Below are positions 1-12,245 of a stretch of DNA of 64,000 bases, one piece after another (the first letter of the stretch is position 1; every line of letters begins with the position of its first letter). The notes under the pieces are model-generated. The model was given only the letters and a program-made list of their open reading frames with translations, did no database searches and was not told the origin of the DNA. The stretch is from contig OZ024741.1 in assembly GCA_964016885.1 (NCBI GenBank), forward strand, positions 301,010,001-301,074,000, given 5' to 3'. The position numbers were made by a program, and so were the translations under genes. This stretch comes from Eledone cirrhosa (taxonomy: Eukaryota).

Positions 1-694
1 CAGCTGTATTTGCTTGTGTCGAATAATATTGATTTTTATCGAACAAATTGGGACGGTGTCATACAGGTTATAGTGCCAATCGTAATAACTTAGGCATTAA
101 ATCTTCGTCTATAATTTGCTACATAAAATATGGAGATAAATAATTTAATATTAATTTCTTCAATTGATTAGTTTCAATATATACAACTATAATCTTCTAA
201 ACTATTGATCTTCATTAGGACTCAGTGAATCTTGTTGGGCATAATTAACTAACTCTTATTAAACATATCATCATGTATTTCTCCGTGCTAAAATGGAGAC
301 AATAAAAAATAATGTACCTTACACCTATGGCTTATATGGCATACCAGTAACATAAATTGTGAATTAGTTTCATCTTGAAATTAAAACAAACTCATTGAAG
401 AAATCCATATCAATTTATGCAAAGGACAAATAATGAAAGAGACAGAGGGGTGGAAGCTGAACTACATTAAGAAGTGGGAATTGTTTAAGAAATCTCATGA
501 TGTTATGTGAATCTAAAACGATTGATAACAGGAACGGATGATGTAGTTGTGGCATGTCATTTTCATGGCATAACAAATGACAAATGATCTTCCGGAGTAT
601 GTGCCAGGTAAGTACCGGTTATTGTTATTCACTGTTCTTATATCCCACATTTATGATATTCCACCAAAGTAACAAATCATTATTAATGAAAACA

Positions 695-1170
695 TCTATA
701 TATATAAAACTGAGGTTGTCTGTCTGTCTACTAAAACGGTCGGCACACATCTCCTCTTAAACCGTACATTCAAATTTCGGTGATATTGCTACACTTATAG
801 ATGAAGGTCCGGCGGAGTTATAGATGAAGGTCCGGCGGAGACATCGGTCACAAAATGTTTCAAATCGACCCACGCTAAGTGCAAAAATCGAATTTGTAAT
901 GTATCGATTTTTCAGTTCAAATGTATAAATAGAGATGAGAGACGAGTTATTTCCCTTTTATGACGTCATTTGTTTATCTATTTACGTTACGAACAAACTA
1001 CGCGTACAAAAATACGCGAACAGCTTTCGGGCCAGTAAAATTTTAACCTGCAAAATTCATGAGTTCGAAATTTCAACATTAAGCTTCCATTTGCTTCATT
1101 TCCATTAAAAAGTCTTTTACAACAATATTTCAGCGCATCACCCGAGGCAACGCTGCGAGTGTGCTGGCTT
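695..1170 (+). mobile_element. Non-autonomous Helitron-like element (degenerate)
   Basis: Begins a|TCTATATATATAAAACTGAGGTTGTCTGTCTGTC. Ends in a degenerate CCCGAGGCAACGC hairpin similar to the 3' hairpins at 2884 and 60372. Internal ~21 bp tandem duplication ATAGATGAAGGTCCGGCGGAG at ~797-840. Confidence 0.45.
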
Positions 1171-1633
1171 GCCTCAAAATTAGAGAGGTTGCCCAGTACT
1201 CGCGACGTTGCTGTCTTTTGCTCTGGTGTTGGCTTCGTTGTTCACCCCTTCCTTTGCATTTTCTTTAATATTGTAGCATTGAAGGAATATATCTTTCATT
1301 GTATCATCCTTTATAGTGTTACAGAGGCATTTGTAATGTTATTTATGTATATATTTAAAATATATTTGTTATGTTATTCTACTGTAAATTTATTTATATG
1401 CTCTGTTTATATTTTCATTCTCACTACCCTCAATAATCTATGAAACTACATATATGTTGCAACTCTCTCTATATATATATCACACACATATACAAATACA
1501 TTTAAAGAGAGACAGTGAGATGTAGAGAGAGAGAGAGTGAGATAGGTCGTTATACAGAGAGGGGTACAAGATAATCAGATAGAGAGACAGGGAGAGAGAA
1601 TGGCGACGAACGCTGGTTCACACACACACACAA

Positions 1634-1683
<50 letters not shown>

Positions 1684-1751
1684 AGAGAGAGAGATCTGCG
1701 CGTTCTTTATTGTTCTCCATTCTGTAGAGGAAGAGGAAGAGAGGGGGGTAT

Positions 1752-1840
<89 letters not shown>

Positions 1841-1877
1841 GGTATGAGAAAAAAGGGAGGGGGTTGAGAAAGAAAGA

Positions 1878-2200
1878 AAGTTTAAGCAAAGAATCGCTGC
1901 TTTCAGCATTAACGGGATCTTCTGAAACTAAAGAATTTTATCTGTGAACGCAGAATTAAATATTTCGAGAAACGTTGCAACCGAAAGAAAACAGGAAGAC
2001 GATATTTTGGTTCGTGAAGATGTTCCCTGGTAAGCAACGGAAAAAAAGCGAGGATAATACGTCGTTATGTGGGACGAGAAGAACAATTTCATGCAAAGAC
2101 GAGACCAAGTTTATGGTGTAAATGGAGTCGTTGGACTAATATTATATTTAACATAACCGAATGATTTCCAGCCCCGGAGTTTAAGAATGATATAAATAAA
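1878..2200 (-). repeat. Fragment of PLE family A pseudo-LTR/3' UTR
   Basis: AAGTTTAAGCAAAGAATCGCTGCTTTCA...AACGGGATCTTCTGAAACTAA matches 9235-9500, 16560-16745 (rc) and 60725-60835. Confidence 0.75.
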
Positions 2201-2235
2201 ATTGTAAACGAAAATGACAGAGGTTATGAAAATAG

Positions 2236-2345
2236 TTGTTTCTACTTATGGCACAAGGCCAGCAATTACCCAGTACATTACTAGCACTTTATTTTATCGG
2301 CCTCGTAAGGATGAAAGGCAAAGTTAACCTCGACGGGATTTTAAC
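2236..2345 (-). mobile_element. tRNA-derived SINE, 3' half
   Basis: GTTTCTAC...GGCACAAGGCCAGCAATTACCCAG...AAGGATGAAAGGCAAAGTTAACCTCG, the reverse complement of the 7751 copy. Confidence 0.85.
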
Positions 2346-2479
2346 TTTGCCTTAAAATAGTAAAAGTAAATAGTGAAGATTTAGTCCAGTACATACGTAT
2401 GCGCCGACGGACATACACATACGTATACATACGCACACTCAAATACATACGCACACACACATACACACGCGTGTGTGTG

Positions 2480-2912
2480 TAAACCTTATGCATTTCTATA
2501 GTATTTTCACCAAACTTAAAACATAGGTTACTTATGTACTCCGGATGGTCATGGGCACTTTCATTTTTCCAGATATTGATTATAGGGCCTCCCGGAAGAT
2601 AACCCTCTTTAACCACTTCCTTGGAGTCGATTGAAGCACTGCAGTGCAATGCAACAAAACGTTATAACTTCTGGAGTTCGCAACCGATTTTCACAAAACT
2701 TGACACATGGGCTACGTTTGTTCTACAGATGAATGTGAACTCTCAGAATTGGCACATATTGAGTAGGGGACCCCTGAGGGCAGGAACCCTCTTTTGGAAA
2801 ATGCCGATGATTTTGTAAAAGCATAGTTTTCCAAGCAGCACTGAAGTATTGACATAAATGGTATATATAACTGGTATTTAATACCCGAGCAACGCCGGGT
2901 ACCTCTGCTAGT
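2480..2912 (+). mobile_element. Non-autonomous Helitron-like element, 3' part
   Basis: Ends with hairpin ACCCGAGCAACGCCGGGT followed by CTAGT (2883-2912), the typical Helitron 3' terminus. Repeated TTTTCAC(C/A)AAACTT..ACACAT motif inside. Confidence 0.6.
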
Positions 2913-3004
2913 AATTAATAAAACATGCATTTTAAATATTTACTTTAAAGAGAAATTGAAGAAATGTGAACAAACAATGTACAAAGCCGACTGTTCGGCT
3001 TTTG

Positions 3005-3291
<287 letters not shown>

Positions 3292-4554
3292 TGTGTGTGT
3301 TTGTCTGTGCGCGCGCGCGCGTGTGTGTGTGTGATTCGAAATAGATATGCAAGTTCGTGGAAAGTCAAAGGTAGTTTCCAGTTGGGAGTTACAGAAGTTG
3401 TAGGAATGTAAGTATATTATAGAGCTTTCCAGATCGGGGAAACTGCATATATTGACAAACATGACAAATATGAGAATGAGTACTCCATACCAAAGTAGAG
3501 TTTAAATATTCATTTACTATGGCTAAGTGGTGAGGCTTCTTACACTGGAGCTTCACTATCGCAATAGCAGGATCATGAGAAACAGTTAAATAGGGGAAAG
3601 TTCAGAGGAGGGACGTTTTAAAATAGGTGGGTAGGAAAGGAAACAAGGAAGTTATGAAAAGAGATAGATGAAGGGATTTAATACTTTTTTTATCAACTTT
3701 ATCATGATCATTGCACATACTATGACCACACCTTCCTTATTTATCTTTGTTCTTTCTTTATTGACTCCCCCCGGCCTGAACTCCCCACCCTTATTCCTTT
3801 AGCGTTCGACCGCCCCCCTCCCCCCACACTTATGCCCCACTAACACAACTAACACACCCCTCCTTTTCACCGCCCACCCCACACTAACAATACTAACACC
3901 TCCACTCCACCCCTCATCTGACCACCCTTCCCCAACTAACATACTAACATCCCTTCCCTCCCCTCTTCTCCTCCTCCCCCTCCTTATCACACGCACACAC
4001 CCACCGGCACATATATACACGCGCTCACACTAAACACACACACTACTACCACCACTAACCCTCACCCCCACACCTCTCACCCCACACCTCCATCCCACCA
4101 CCCCGCAACTAACCTCACTAACACCCCCTAACCCCAAGCACACGAACACACGCACCCACTTACACCACCCACCCCACACGCAACTAACATCACTAACACC
4201 CCCCAACCCCACGCACACGTACCCACACACCCTCGTACACCACCAACTCTACACACCCTACCACCACTAACCCCCTCTCACACCCGCATTCAACCCCTCC
4301 CCACCTCCCGCATACTAACACCCACTAACACCTCTTCATCAAACTACACACACACCAGTACACCACGCTCCCCCCATAGAACCACACACACCCTTCTCTC
4401 CCCACTCCACCCACACCCTCGCTCCACACTCACTCATCCCACTAACACCCCTACTAATACACACACACACACCCTCCTCACTCCAACTTTCACACCTACC
4501 CATCCTCGGCCCCTACCATTCCACTGACTGCTGCTGTGCCCTCTGGCCACCTCC

Positions 4555-5432
4555 CAACACCAACAGACGACAGCACTCACACTGCTGATCACTTCCTGTT
4601 GCGCGCGCACCCCACATCTCTCCTCTTCCGACCACCACTTCATGGATTACCCACACGCAGAATTTGACTTACAAAAAATCTACTAAACATCCTTGGAACT
4701 TACCAACTTTTCAACCATCCTATTGCGTAATCACCTATATAACTCACCCGCACACACACCCCAAACAATTTTTTTTCTCCACACGCCACCCACACCCACA
4801 ACACGCTTAAACCCCACGCACACGTGCTTCCCACCACATATTTACACCCTCAGCCTCCTGATTCCTCTCCCCCCACCCCCTATCCACACACGCACAGACA
4901 CTCCGACCCACAAAAACACCCCCCACACACATCTCTTCCTGAACATGCAACCCCGTTTTTCCCCCAACCCTTACTTTCACATACACACACACACACACAC
5001 ACACGCACACCTACACACACACACCACCTTCAGGCCTCCCCGCTCGGACACCCCGTCTCCCTCTCCCCACTCCACCCGCCACCAGCCCTACTCACCCCAC
5101 ACCCTTCTACCACCTGTTTACCCCCCTTTTAATTTCAGTTTATTTTGATCATGCCTTTATTTTTAAATTTTCTCATTCCTTGTAATTTGATCATGCTTTA
5201 TTTTTATTTTTTATCTTTATTTGTTTTTTTTAATTCCCACCGTTTCCTTTCGCTATATGTCTCTCCACCACTCCCCTACACACCTTTTGAACTCTGTTCC
5301 CACACACTTCTCACCTGAGGAAGGGCTTATGCCCGAAACGTCGTCCCCCACCTACCCCCCACTCTCCTGAGCGTGAAATTAATAAACATTTATTGTACTG
5401 CCTCTCTGTTTTGTCCCTGTTCAAATTTTTCC
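4555..5432 (+). mobile_element. Decayed Penelope-like element 3' end (GIY-YIG tail, C-rich UTR, HHR, AATAAA)
   Basis: Degenerate ..ADHF...H...LHGL...RRI..LGTY at ~4560-4705 resembles a PLE endonuclease C-terminus. HHR at 5311, AATAAA at 5381, ends in (TA)n. Confidence 0.5.
5311..5346 (+). ncRNA. Minimal hammerhead ribozyme (PLE type)
   Basis: CTGAGGA-A-GGGC TTAT GCCC-GAAAC-GTC, with palindromic ACGT stem III. Stem I is weak (2 bp). Confidence 0.6.
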
Positions 5433-5590
5433 ATTATATATATATATATATATATATATTGAGTATATATTCGTTGTATACCAACATCTCATTGGAGCAC
5501 TCGACCAAGTGCGCAGGTTGGTTTGGTTACTCCGGAGTAATGTAAAATAAAATACATAAGTCAAATATTTAAAATGTGGCTTCGTTTATT

Positions 5591-5645
5591 ACTGCTATAT
5601 ATATTTCGGTGACAGCCATCTTTGGTTGTGACCTCTTCAGGCAGT
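5591..5645 (-). ncRNA. Hammerhead ribozyme (left arm copy)
   Basis: Reverse complement of the 5872-5926 motif with one stem II substitution. Confidence 0.85.
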
Positions 5646-5871
5646 CTGAATTAGTGTGGTAGAGACGAGTACACATGTTGTTGAGGTTCATAACTTTGTC
5701 AATACTCTGATATGCCCAGTTCCTGGTTGTGTTGTTATTTCACTGAGGAACTGGAATCATATCCAGTTCCTTAGTGAAATAACAACCCAACCAGGAACTG
5801 GGCATATCAGAGTATTGACAAAGTTATACACCACAACAACACGTGTACTCGTCTCTACCACACTAATTCAG

Positions 5872-5926
5872 ACTGCCTGAAGAGGTCACAGCCAAAGATG
5901 GCTGTCACCGAAATATATATAGCAGT
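5872..5926 (+). ncRNA. Type I hammerhead ribozyme
   Basis: ACTGC-CTGAAGA-GGTcACAGCCA AAGA TGGCTGTcACC-GAAA-TATATAT-A|GCAGT. 5-bp stem I, long stem II, palindromic ATATATAT stem III, AUA cleavage triplet ending at 5921. Confidence 0.88.
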
Positions 5927-6324
5927 AATAACCGAAGCCAAATTTAAAACATTTTACTTATTCATTTTATTTTATTTCATATATATATGTATATATATTG
6001 GAAGAGAGAGCGGAATTCTGCGTGCGTTGCAAGTTGTGATATTTTCAAAGCACTAGCTTGTCACGTGAAACAGAAAGATTGACTGATTGAAAGGGATAGG
6101 ACGGGAAACAGAAAGAAAACTAATAGGAATACGCAGTTGTAATATTATGAGTAGGCATTAAGAAGTTGAGAAGTAAAACACTTTTATGGCAGTTGACAAG
6201 TAATTGGTAGCTACATATATAATATACACTAGTCAGAGCTGCACACAATTAAATAGATTTTCACAAATAGAATACAATATATTATATAATATATTATATT
6301 TATTTGCATCCATCTAAATGTCAG

Positions 6325-6383
<59 letters not shown>

Positions 6384-6580
6384 CGTTTCTGAATTTGTTT
6401 AGCAAGATTCTTTATCTGAAATCGTGTGTTGAAACCGATATTGTTATACTTTGGGAGGGTCATGTTGCCAATAAGAAACACACGCACCAGTTGCTTTCAC
6501 TTCAATTTAATTTATTAAATATTTATAAATTTCTGGTTGGTTGGCTGGTTCCACAACCAGATAGTTGTTTATATATATAT

Positions 6581-6625
6581 AGTCATAGTTCTTTCGTCAC
6601 ACACTCTGTGACCTCTTCAGTGACT
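6581..6625 (-). ncRNA. Hammerhead ribozyme, solo
   Basis: rc: AGTCA-CTGAAGA-G-GTCAC AGAGTGT GTGAC-GAAA-GAAC-TA|TGACT. Perfect 5-bp stems I and II. Stem III is short and imperfect. Confidence 0.75.
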
Positions 6626-6683
6626 GGGGATTTCTTTCTTCGTTTCTGTGCCTTTCCTTTCTTCTATCCTACGCCATTTTGTT

Positions 6684-6736
<53 letters not shown>

Positions 6737-6759
6737 TTATCTATCTATTTGTATATATT

Positions 6760-6791
<32 letters not shown>

Positions 6792-6822
6792 TCTCCCTCT
6801 CTCTCTCTCTCTATCTCTCCCC

Positions 6823-6868
<46 letters not shown>

Positions 6869-7750
6869 AACTAAGTGATACTCTTAGTGCTTATTGAATT
6901 TTAAAATAACGTGTGTGGAATATTTTAACAGAAGTCTTAGAACTTCGGTCAGGAAACGGCTGAGTTTGTTATTTAAGGAGGTATTTGATTCAGTCGGAAA
7001 TTGCATCAAACCTGTTTAAATAAACGATTCATATTTATTCCAGTAGAATCTGTAACTTATTTTATTCAGGGACATGTCCCAATATTCAAGTGTATCCACT
7101 TCTCAACTCATGTCAATAATAACGAAAAATCTAATCGCTCTTGAGAACAGTGAATCTGGGATTATTCATTTAACTAGTTTCAGCGAATGTTACTAATTAC
7201 TGCGCAACAAGATGTGTCGGAGACTGTGTATATCAATTCATCGCTTGCTCCCAAATAAACAAAGTGTGGTTGCACACATATAGAAATGATTTCATGGTGA
7301 CAATGGATTTGCATTGAGCAAAGATCATTAACCGAATAGGCATTAAATAAATACATTTCAGTGTTTGGAAAAAAAAAAAAAAACGTTGGGAAGATAAATA
7401 AGTGGAGGGAAAACGCAATCTATAGGAATTAGCTATCAACCGAGTGGGCTCTTATAAATAAAATGTGTGTTTACATAGAGAAATAGATGATAAATTTGAA
7501 GAGCTAATTTTATATTGTAAGTAAATAAGAATTGCATGTTTGTTTAACTACAAATTGCACTATTACCTCAGATTATTAACAGTAGAGAATACATATCAAT
7601 GTTAATCGATATAGTCGTCATGATAATCTAGTACAAAAAAGACTAATATTACATTGTCTCAATACAATGTAGACTTATGCCATGTATTAATGAATGCCTT
7701 GATCTGTTTCCAATATTGTTATAACATACTCTCACATTATAAATTATACA

Positions 7751-7940
7751 GGGCGGTGGATTGGCAGTATTGGTAGAGGGTCGGACGCCATGCTTTGACG
7801 TATAGAGTTACGGCCCTTGCCATTCTGAGTTCAAATCCCCCCAAGATTAACTTTGCCTTTCATCCTTACGGGGTCGATAAAATAAAGTACCAGTAATGAA
7901 CTGGGTAATTGCTGGCCTTGTGCCTAACGTAGAAACAATT
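7751..7940 (+). mobile_element. tRNA-derived SINE, full length
   Basis: GGCGGTGGATTGGCAGTATTGGTAG (A-box like), GAGTTCAAATCC (B-box), conserved CTTTGCCTTTCATCCTTACGGGGTCGATAAAATAAAGTACCAGT body, GTAGAAACAATT end. Confidence 0.88.
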
Positions 7941-8064
7941 ATAAATTATATATGTACGTCTATCAGACTGTCTATCTGTCTCTCTTTTGAACTATACATA
8001 CTCCCACTCTCTCTTTCTCTCTCTCAGTTTCTCTCTCTTTTCTGTCTCACTCTCTCCCCTCTCA

Positions 8065-8122
<58 letters not shown>

Positions 8123-8664
8123 TTATTCTTCTGTGCTAGATCAGCCTCGGTTTTAAGACTTGTCACAAGATGTCATGGGTTTCTACGTTGTGACATTATC
8201 TGTTAGATTTATTGTTCAATGAAATTTCTCTTATATACATTGTGGATGGACCTTAGCCAAAATTCCTTTTGATTTATTAGTGAAAACTAGATCGTTAAAG
8301 GTTTTCGTAGGGTCAGTGGTCTTGAAAACATTAACACGTTTTGTTAGGTTATGATTGAAAATAAATGATATTTGTAGGTTAAAACTTTCAACAATCGTTG
8401 TTTGAGATCAAAGCTGACGAGGTTGAGTTCTCTGTTGATAATTTGGAGTTATAAAATAATATGCAAGTCTGATCTCATTTGTTTCTTCTCACTGAGATGG
8501 AAAGTAATGTAAATATTATATATCGTAGTATGTAATCAAAGAAAATTTAACAAGCAAGTGAAGTAGCCAACAAATTGAAAAGGCAACAGTATTCTGGTAG
8601 TTTCTTTTTTGGTACTCAGCTTACGTACTATTAATTTCAAAGTAAAGTATATTATATATATATA

Positions 8665-9084
8665 TGAAACATGCAAAGTGGCGAAAGCCATACCAAATGA
8701 CTTAAAACTAAGACCTATTATAGCAGGCCCAATTTGTTAAATATACCACCTAACTAATTTCTTAGACATCTTATTGAAACCACTCCTCAAATACATTTTG
8801 AGTTTCATACAACATGATTTAGGTTTTCTCAAACATCTATCACAAAATGTAAGCCAAAATACTTACATGGTCTCATTGGACGTTGTAAACCTTACAGTAA
8901 CATTCCACATGATTAAGGAATCAAAGCTATCAAATACTTGCTAGACTCATTCCCTTATGTATTACAGACCGCTTCAATAAGAATTTCATCGTAGACTGGA
9001 ATTCATTTTAAATTATTCATGTTCGATGAAACAACAGAAATCAGGAACAGCAATGGGGACAAAAGTAGCGCCAGCATATGCCAA

Positions 9085-9087
<3 letters not shown>
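8665..9087 (+). pseudogene. Penelope (Neptune-like) RT fragment, frameshifted
   Basis: LKLRPIIAGPIC ... GTAMGTKVAPAYANL matches the RT at 21945. Bounded by (TA)n on both sides. Confidence 0.75.
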
Positions 9088-9123
<36 letters not shown>

Positions 9124-9129
<6 letters not shown>

Positions 9130-12100
9130 ATAATAATAAAATTGAAGACTAAAATCCAAAGAGGGCTCGATAAGGAAAATATATATCAAATATACAAGAA
9201 CCGTAGAGCAAATATTTATTAAAATAATAGATTAAAGTTTAAGCAAAGAATCGCTGCTTTCACCCTTAACGGGATCTTCTGAAACTAACAAAGTCAATCT
9301 GTAAACGCAGAACTGGATATTTCAAAAAACGTTGCAACCGGAGGAAGACAGGAAGACGATACTTTGGTTCGTGGTAACGTTCGCTGGCAAAGAACGGGAA
9401 AAAACGAATAATACGTCATTAATAGGAGCGGTGAAAAACAATTAGGCGCAAAGACAGAACCACGTTTATGGTATAAAAGAGGTCGTAGACTAATGTTCTC
9501 TTAGGTGGTGCATAGAGACGTTCTCTGGCAATGAACGAAAAAAAGAAGATAATAAGTCATATGTGGAGCGTGGAGAACAATAGCACGCAAAGTCAAGATC
9601 ACGTAAATGGTAAGCAGAAGTTGTAGACTAAAATTCTAACTAGGAGACCAAATGAATCTCCGCTACAGAGTTAAGAACAAAGTAATAGAAACAAATAAAT
9701 ACATACACGCAAACAGATACGTACATACAGAAGCATACGCAAAACCTTACTATAGGTATACAAAACCACGCACATATAAATATGTGTGTGTGTGTGTATG
9801 CTTGTGTACAAATAAATAAATAATTATATAAACGTATATAAGTAAATAAATACGTATATAACAAGCGCACACGCATACCTACATATAAATACACGAATGT
9901 TCGGAGACGTAAGTCAACTAAAACAAGAAGTACACATATACACACACCCACCATACTTATGAACCTGCATACTCACGCAGACGCAAAACTCCCGTATACA
10001 CATAGCCAAACCCTAAATACCAGAATATGTAAAAATGATACGCCATAACAGTCAAATATACGTACGAGAAGGTATATAGACCTTCACAAAACAAACGGGT
10101 AATATATACTTACCTATGCAAATAAGTAAAGGAATAAACAAACATATACTTAGCTCCCACATCAAGACGTACAATATCCACGTATAGATCGTACTATCCG
10201 TTAGGGTATAACGTGGGGCTGCAATACAGGAAAGTTTTGTGCAATTTATGTTTACAAGCCGAAATTGCCTCAGATGTTTTGTTTAAGATGTGGTCTGTGG
10301 CGTAGAGTATTTCCAGGGCCTCAGCAGCGCAGAGGTCACATGGTCTTTTATTTTCGTTATACGATCTAGCCCTAGCTAGGATATCCCAGTGTAACTTATA
10401 TTGGGTGTGGTTGTCTTTTAGACTCCAGATATAAGCTGAAAGTGACGTCATATTCCTTCTTAGAGGGTAACGAAAAGAATGGGTATGCATGTAAAGACGC
10501 TGCTTGAAACTATTGGCGGTTAACCCTATGTAGGCCCTACGGGACGTGGGTGTTACAACCTTACATTTGTAGACAATGTTACTAGAGAGGCATTTCCCGG
10601 ATAGGGGGCAATCAGCCCGATTCCTACAATTACAGTTAGTACTAACTACAGGGTTGCACGTGTTCCTACGGCTAGGTAGTTTAGCTAAATTTGAAGCTGT
10701 GATGTTATGTGCAAGGTTAGGAGTCGTAGAGTAAGAAATTTTAATAGTATTTCTATTAAAAATTTTACTATATTTATGTGTAGGGGGAAAATGCTTCGTA
10801 ATAAGGGAAAGAAAGATCTTAGCTAATGGTGTGGCCACCTCCATATTATATGGTGGGTTAAACCAACAAATTCCACGGGATCTATTTCTTGTAGGTCTAT
10901 TTTCGTACTCAGTATATGCTACCTTATCGACAAATCCACTTCGAGCAAGAGCTTCATTGTAATAAGTGGAATGGTCGTTGAAAATACGCTCGTTGGTGGA
11001 AAGACGGGAAAGCCTCAACGAAACGTTTATTGCCAGGTTCTTGGTTATGCTGGCAGGATTGTTGGAATGCTTACTTATGTAATTAAGCGTATCATTCGGC
11101 TTTCTATACGGGTAATACAACCCATTCAATAAATTGAGGGTAACGTCGAGGTAATTAACGACCGAGAGATTGGCCTCAACCTGTATAGAGAGGTTGAAGC
11201 CTTTAAAGAAGGCTGTGAGTTCTTTTCTGAACCTGTCACAAGCACGAGGTCCGCACTTAGTCATGGTCAAAAGATCATCGTCACGGTACAAACCACCGCC
11301 CGCGTTGGGGAATTCGTCCTTGATAGAGAAAAGAAGGAAAAGGCCAATAAGATCAGTAACCTCCGCAGAGTCACTGGCGCCCATACTCACGTCGAATAGG
11401 GTACTATTGGATTTTTTAATCCAAATAGAGTCGTCGAAATCAATCACCGACTTTCGGGCATTAAGGATGACATCAACTTCAAAATCCTTAACCACTGTGA
11501 GTGTTTTAGCGAAATTGATAGCTCTAAGGAGAAGTGGTAAAGTGATGGAGGAGTAGTAATTGTTGATGTCGAATTGGATAAAACGGCAATGTTCCTTGTT
11601 ACATATGCCGTTGAACCAATCAATCACCGCGAAAGAATTGTTCCACAGTGCGAGAGGGGCCAAACTTCTAATTTCAGGTATAATTCTATCAAGAATCGTT
11701 TTACTAAGTCTACCTAAATCGGACTTCGTAGGGTTAATAAGCCGAATAGAGGGGTTGTTCGGAAAATTGGATTTGTGATCCTTCAGGGCCCTCGTACGTA
11801 TATTTGATTGTATATGTTATGGCGTATATTTTATATATTCTGGTACATATACTTTTGGTTATGTGTATACGTGAGTTTTGCGTCTGTGTGAGGATGCGGG
11901 TTAGTACGTATGTAGGGTGTGTGTATATGTGTACTTCGTGTTTTGGTTGACGTACGTCTCCGAACATATGTGTATTTACATGTAGGTATGTGTGCGCTTG
12001 TTATATACGTATTTATTTATTTATATACGTTTATTTAATTATTTGTATACACGCACACACACACACACACACATATTTATATGTGCGTGTATTTGTATAC

Positions 12101-12245
12101 CTATGGCGAGTGTTTTCGCGTATGCTTGTGTATGTACGTATATGGATGCGTGTATGTATTTATTTAATTTCAATTACCTCTGTATTTTATTTACTTTATT
12201 CATAACTCTGAAGCCGAACATCATTCGGTTTACTAGTTAGAATTT
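9124..12245 (-). mobile_element. Penelope-like element family A (Hydra-like), 5'-truncated, with inverted partial pseudo-LTR
   Basis: RT-GIY-YIG ORF, then ~1 kb 3' UTR ending in (TA)n at 9124. Segment 11791-12245 is an inverted copy of 9630-10068. Confidence 0.9.
10194..11663 (-). CDS. PLE reverse transcriptase + GIY-YIG endonuclease (frame continues upstream to ~11785)
   Basis: FIQFDINNYYSSI, DVSMGASDSAEV, GLYRDDDL, WFNPPY, CNCRNRADCPL linker, NIVYKC...AYIGLT..FKQR..H, CDLCAAE. Confidence 0.92.
   Translation of the reverse strand: MAPLALWNNSFAVIDWFNGICNKEHCRFIQFDINNYYSSITLPLLLRAINFAKTLTVVKDFEVDVILNARKSVIDFDDSIWIKKSNSTLFDVSMGASDSAEVTDLIGLFLLFSIKDEFPNAGGGLYRDDDLLTMTKCGPRACDRFRKELTAFFKGFNLSIQVEANLSVVNYLDVTLNLLNGLYYPYRKPNDTLNYISKHSNNPASITKNLAINVSLRLSRLSTNERIFNDHSTYYNEALARSGFVDKVAYTEYENRPTRNRSRGICWFNPPYNMEVATPLAKIFLSLITKHFPPTHKYSKIFNRNTIKISYSTTPNLAHNITASNLAKLPSRRNTCNPVVSTNCNCRNRADCPLSGKCLSSNIVYKCKVVTPTSRRAYIGLTANSFKQRLYMHTHSFRYPLRRNMTSLSAYIWSLKDNHTQYKLHWDILARARSYNENKRPCDLCAAEALEILYATDHILNKTSEAISACKHKLHKTFLYCSPTLYPNG

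Larger units (their letters stand above)
5543..5974. repeat. Fold-back (palindromic) element with one HHR per arm
   Basis: Arms ~5543-5755 and ~5762-5974 are near-perfect reverse complements around a ~6 nt loop (GGAACTGGA atcata TCCAGTTCC). Confidence 0.92.

Noticed and set aside
7141-7162. TTGAGAA-CAG..CTG resembling a U3-A8 core
   Set aside because: No GAAA or stem III follows.
7751-7850. tRNA gene suggested by A- and B-box motifs
   Set aside because: Part of a ~190 bp dispersed SINE present about 12 times, with no cloverleaf.
9250-9290. Family A motif CAGAAGA-TCCC GTTAA GGGT-GAAA as an HHR feature
   Set aside because: U4A core, and no convincing stem I or III. Mentioned only as a weak hint.
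10194-11663. Naiad-type selenoprotein PLE or telomerase
   Set aside because: Endonuclease is C-terminal, there are no in-frame TGA codons in the ORF, and there are no telomerase-specific domains.
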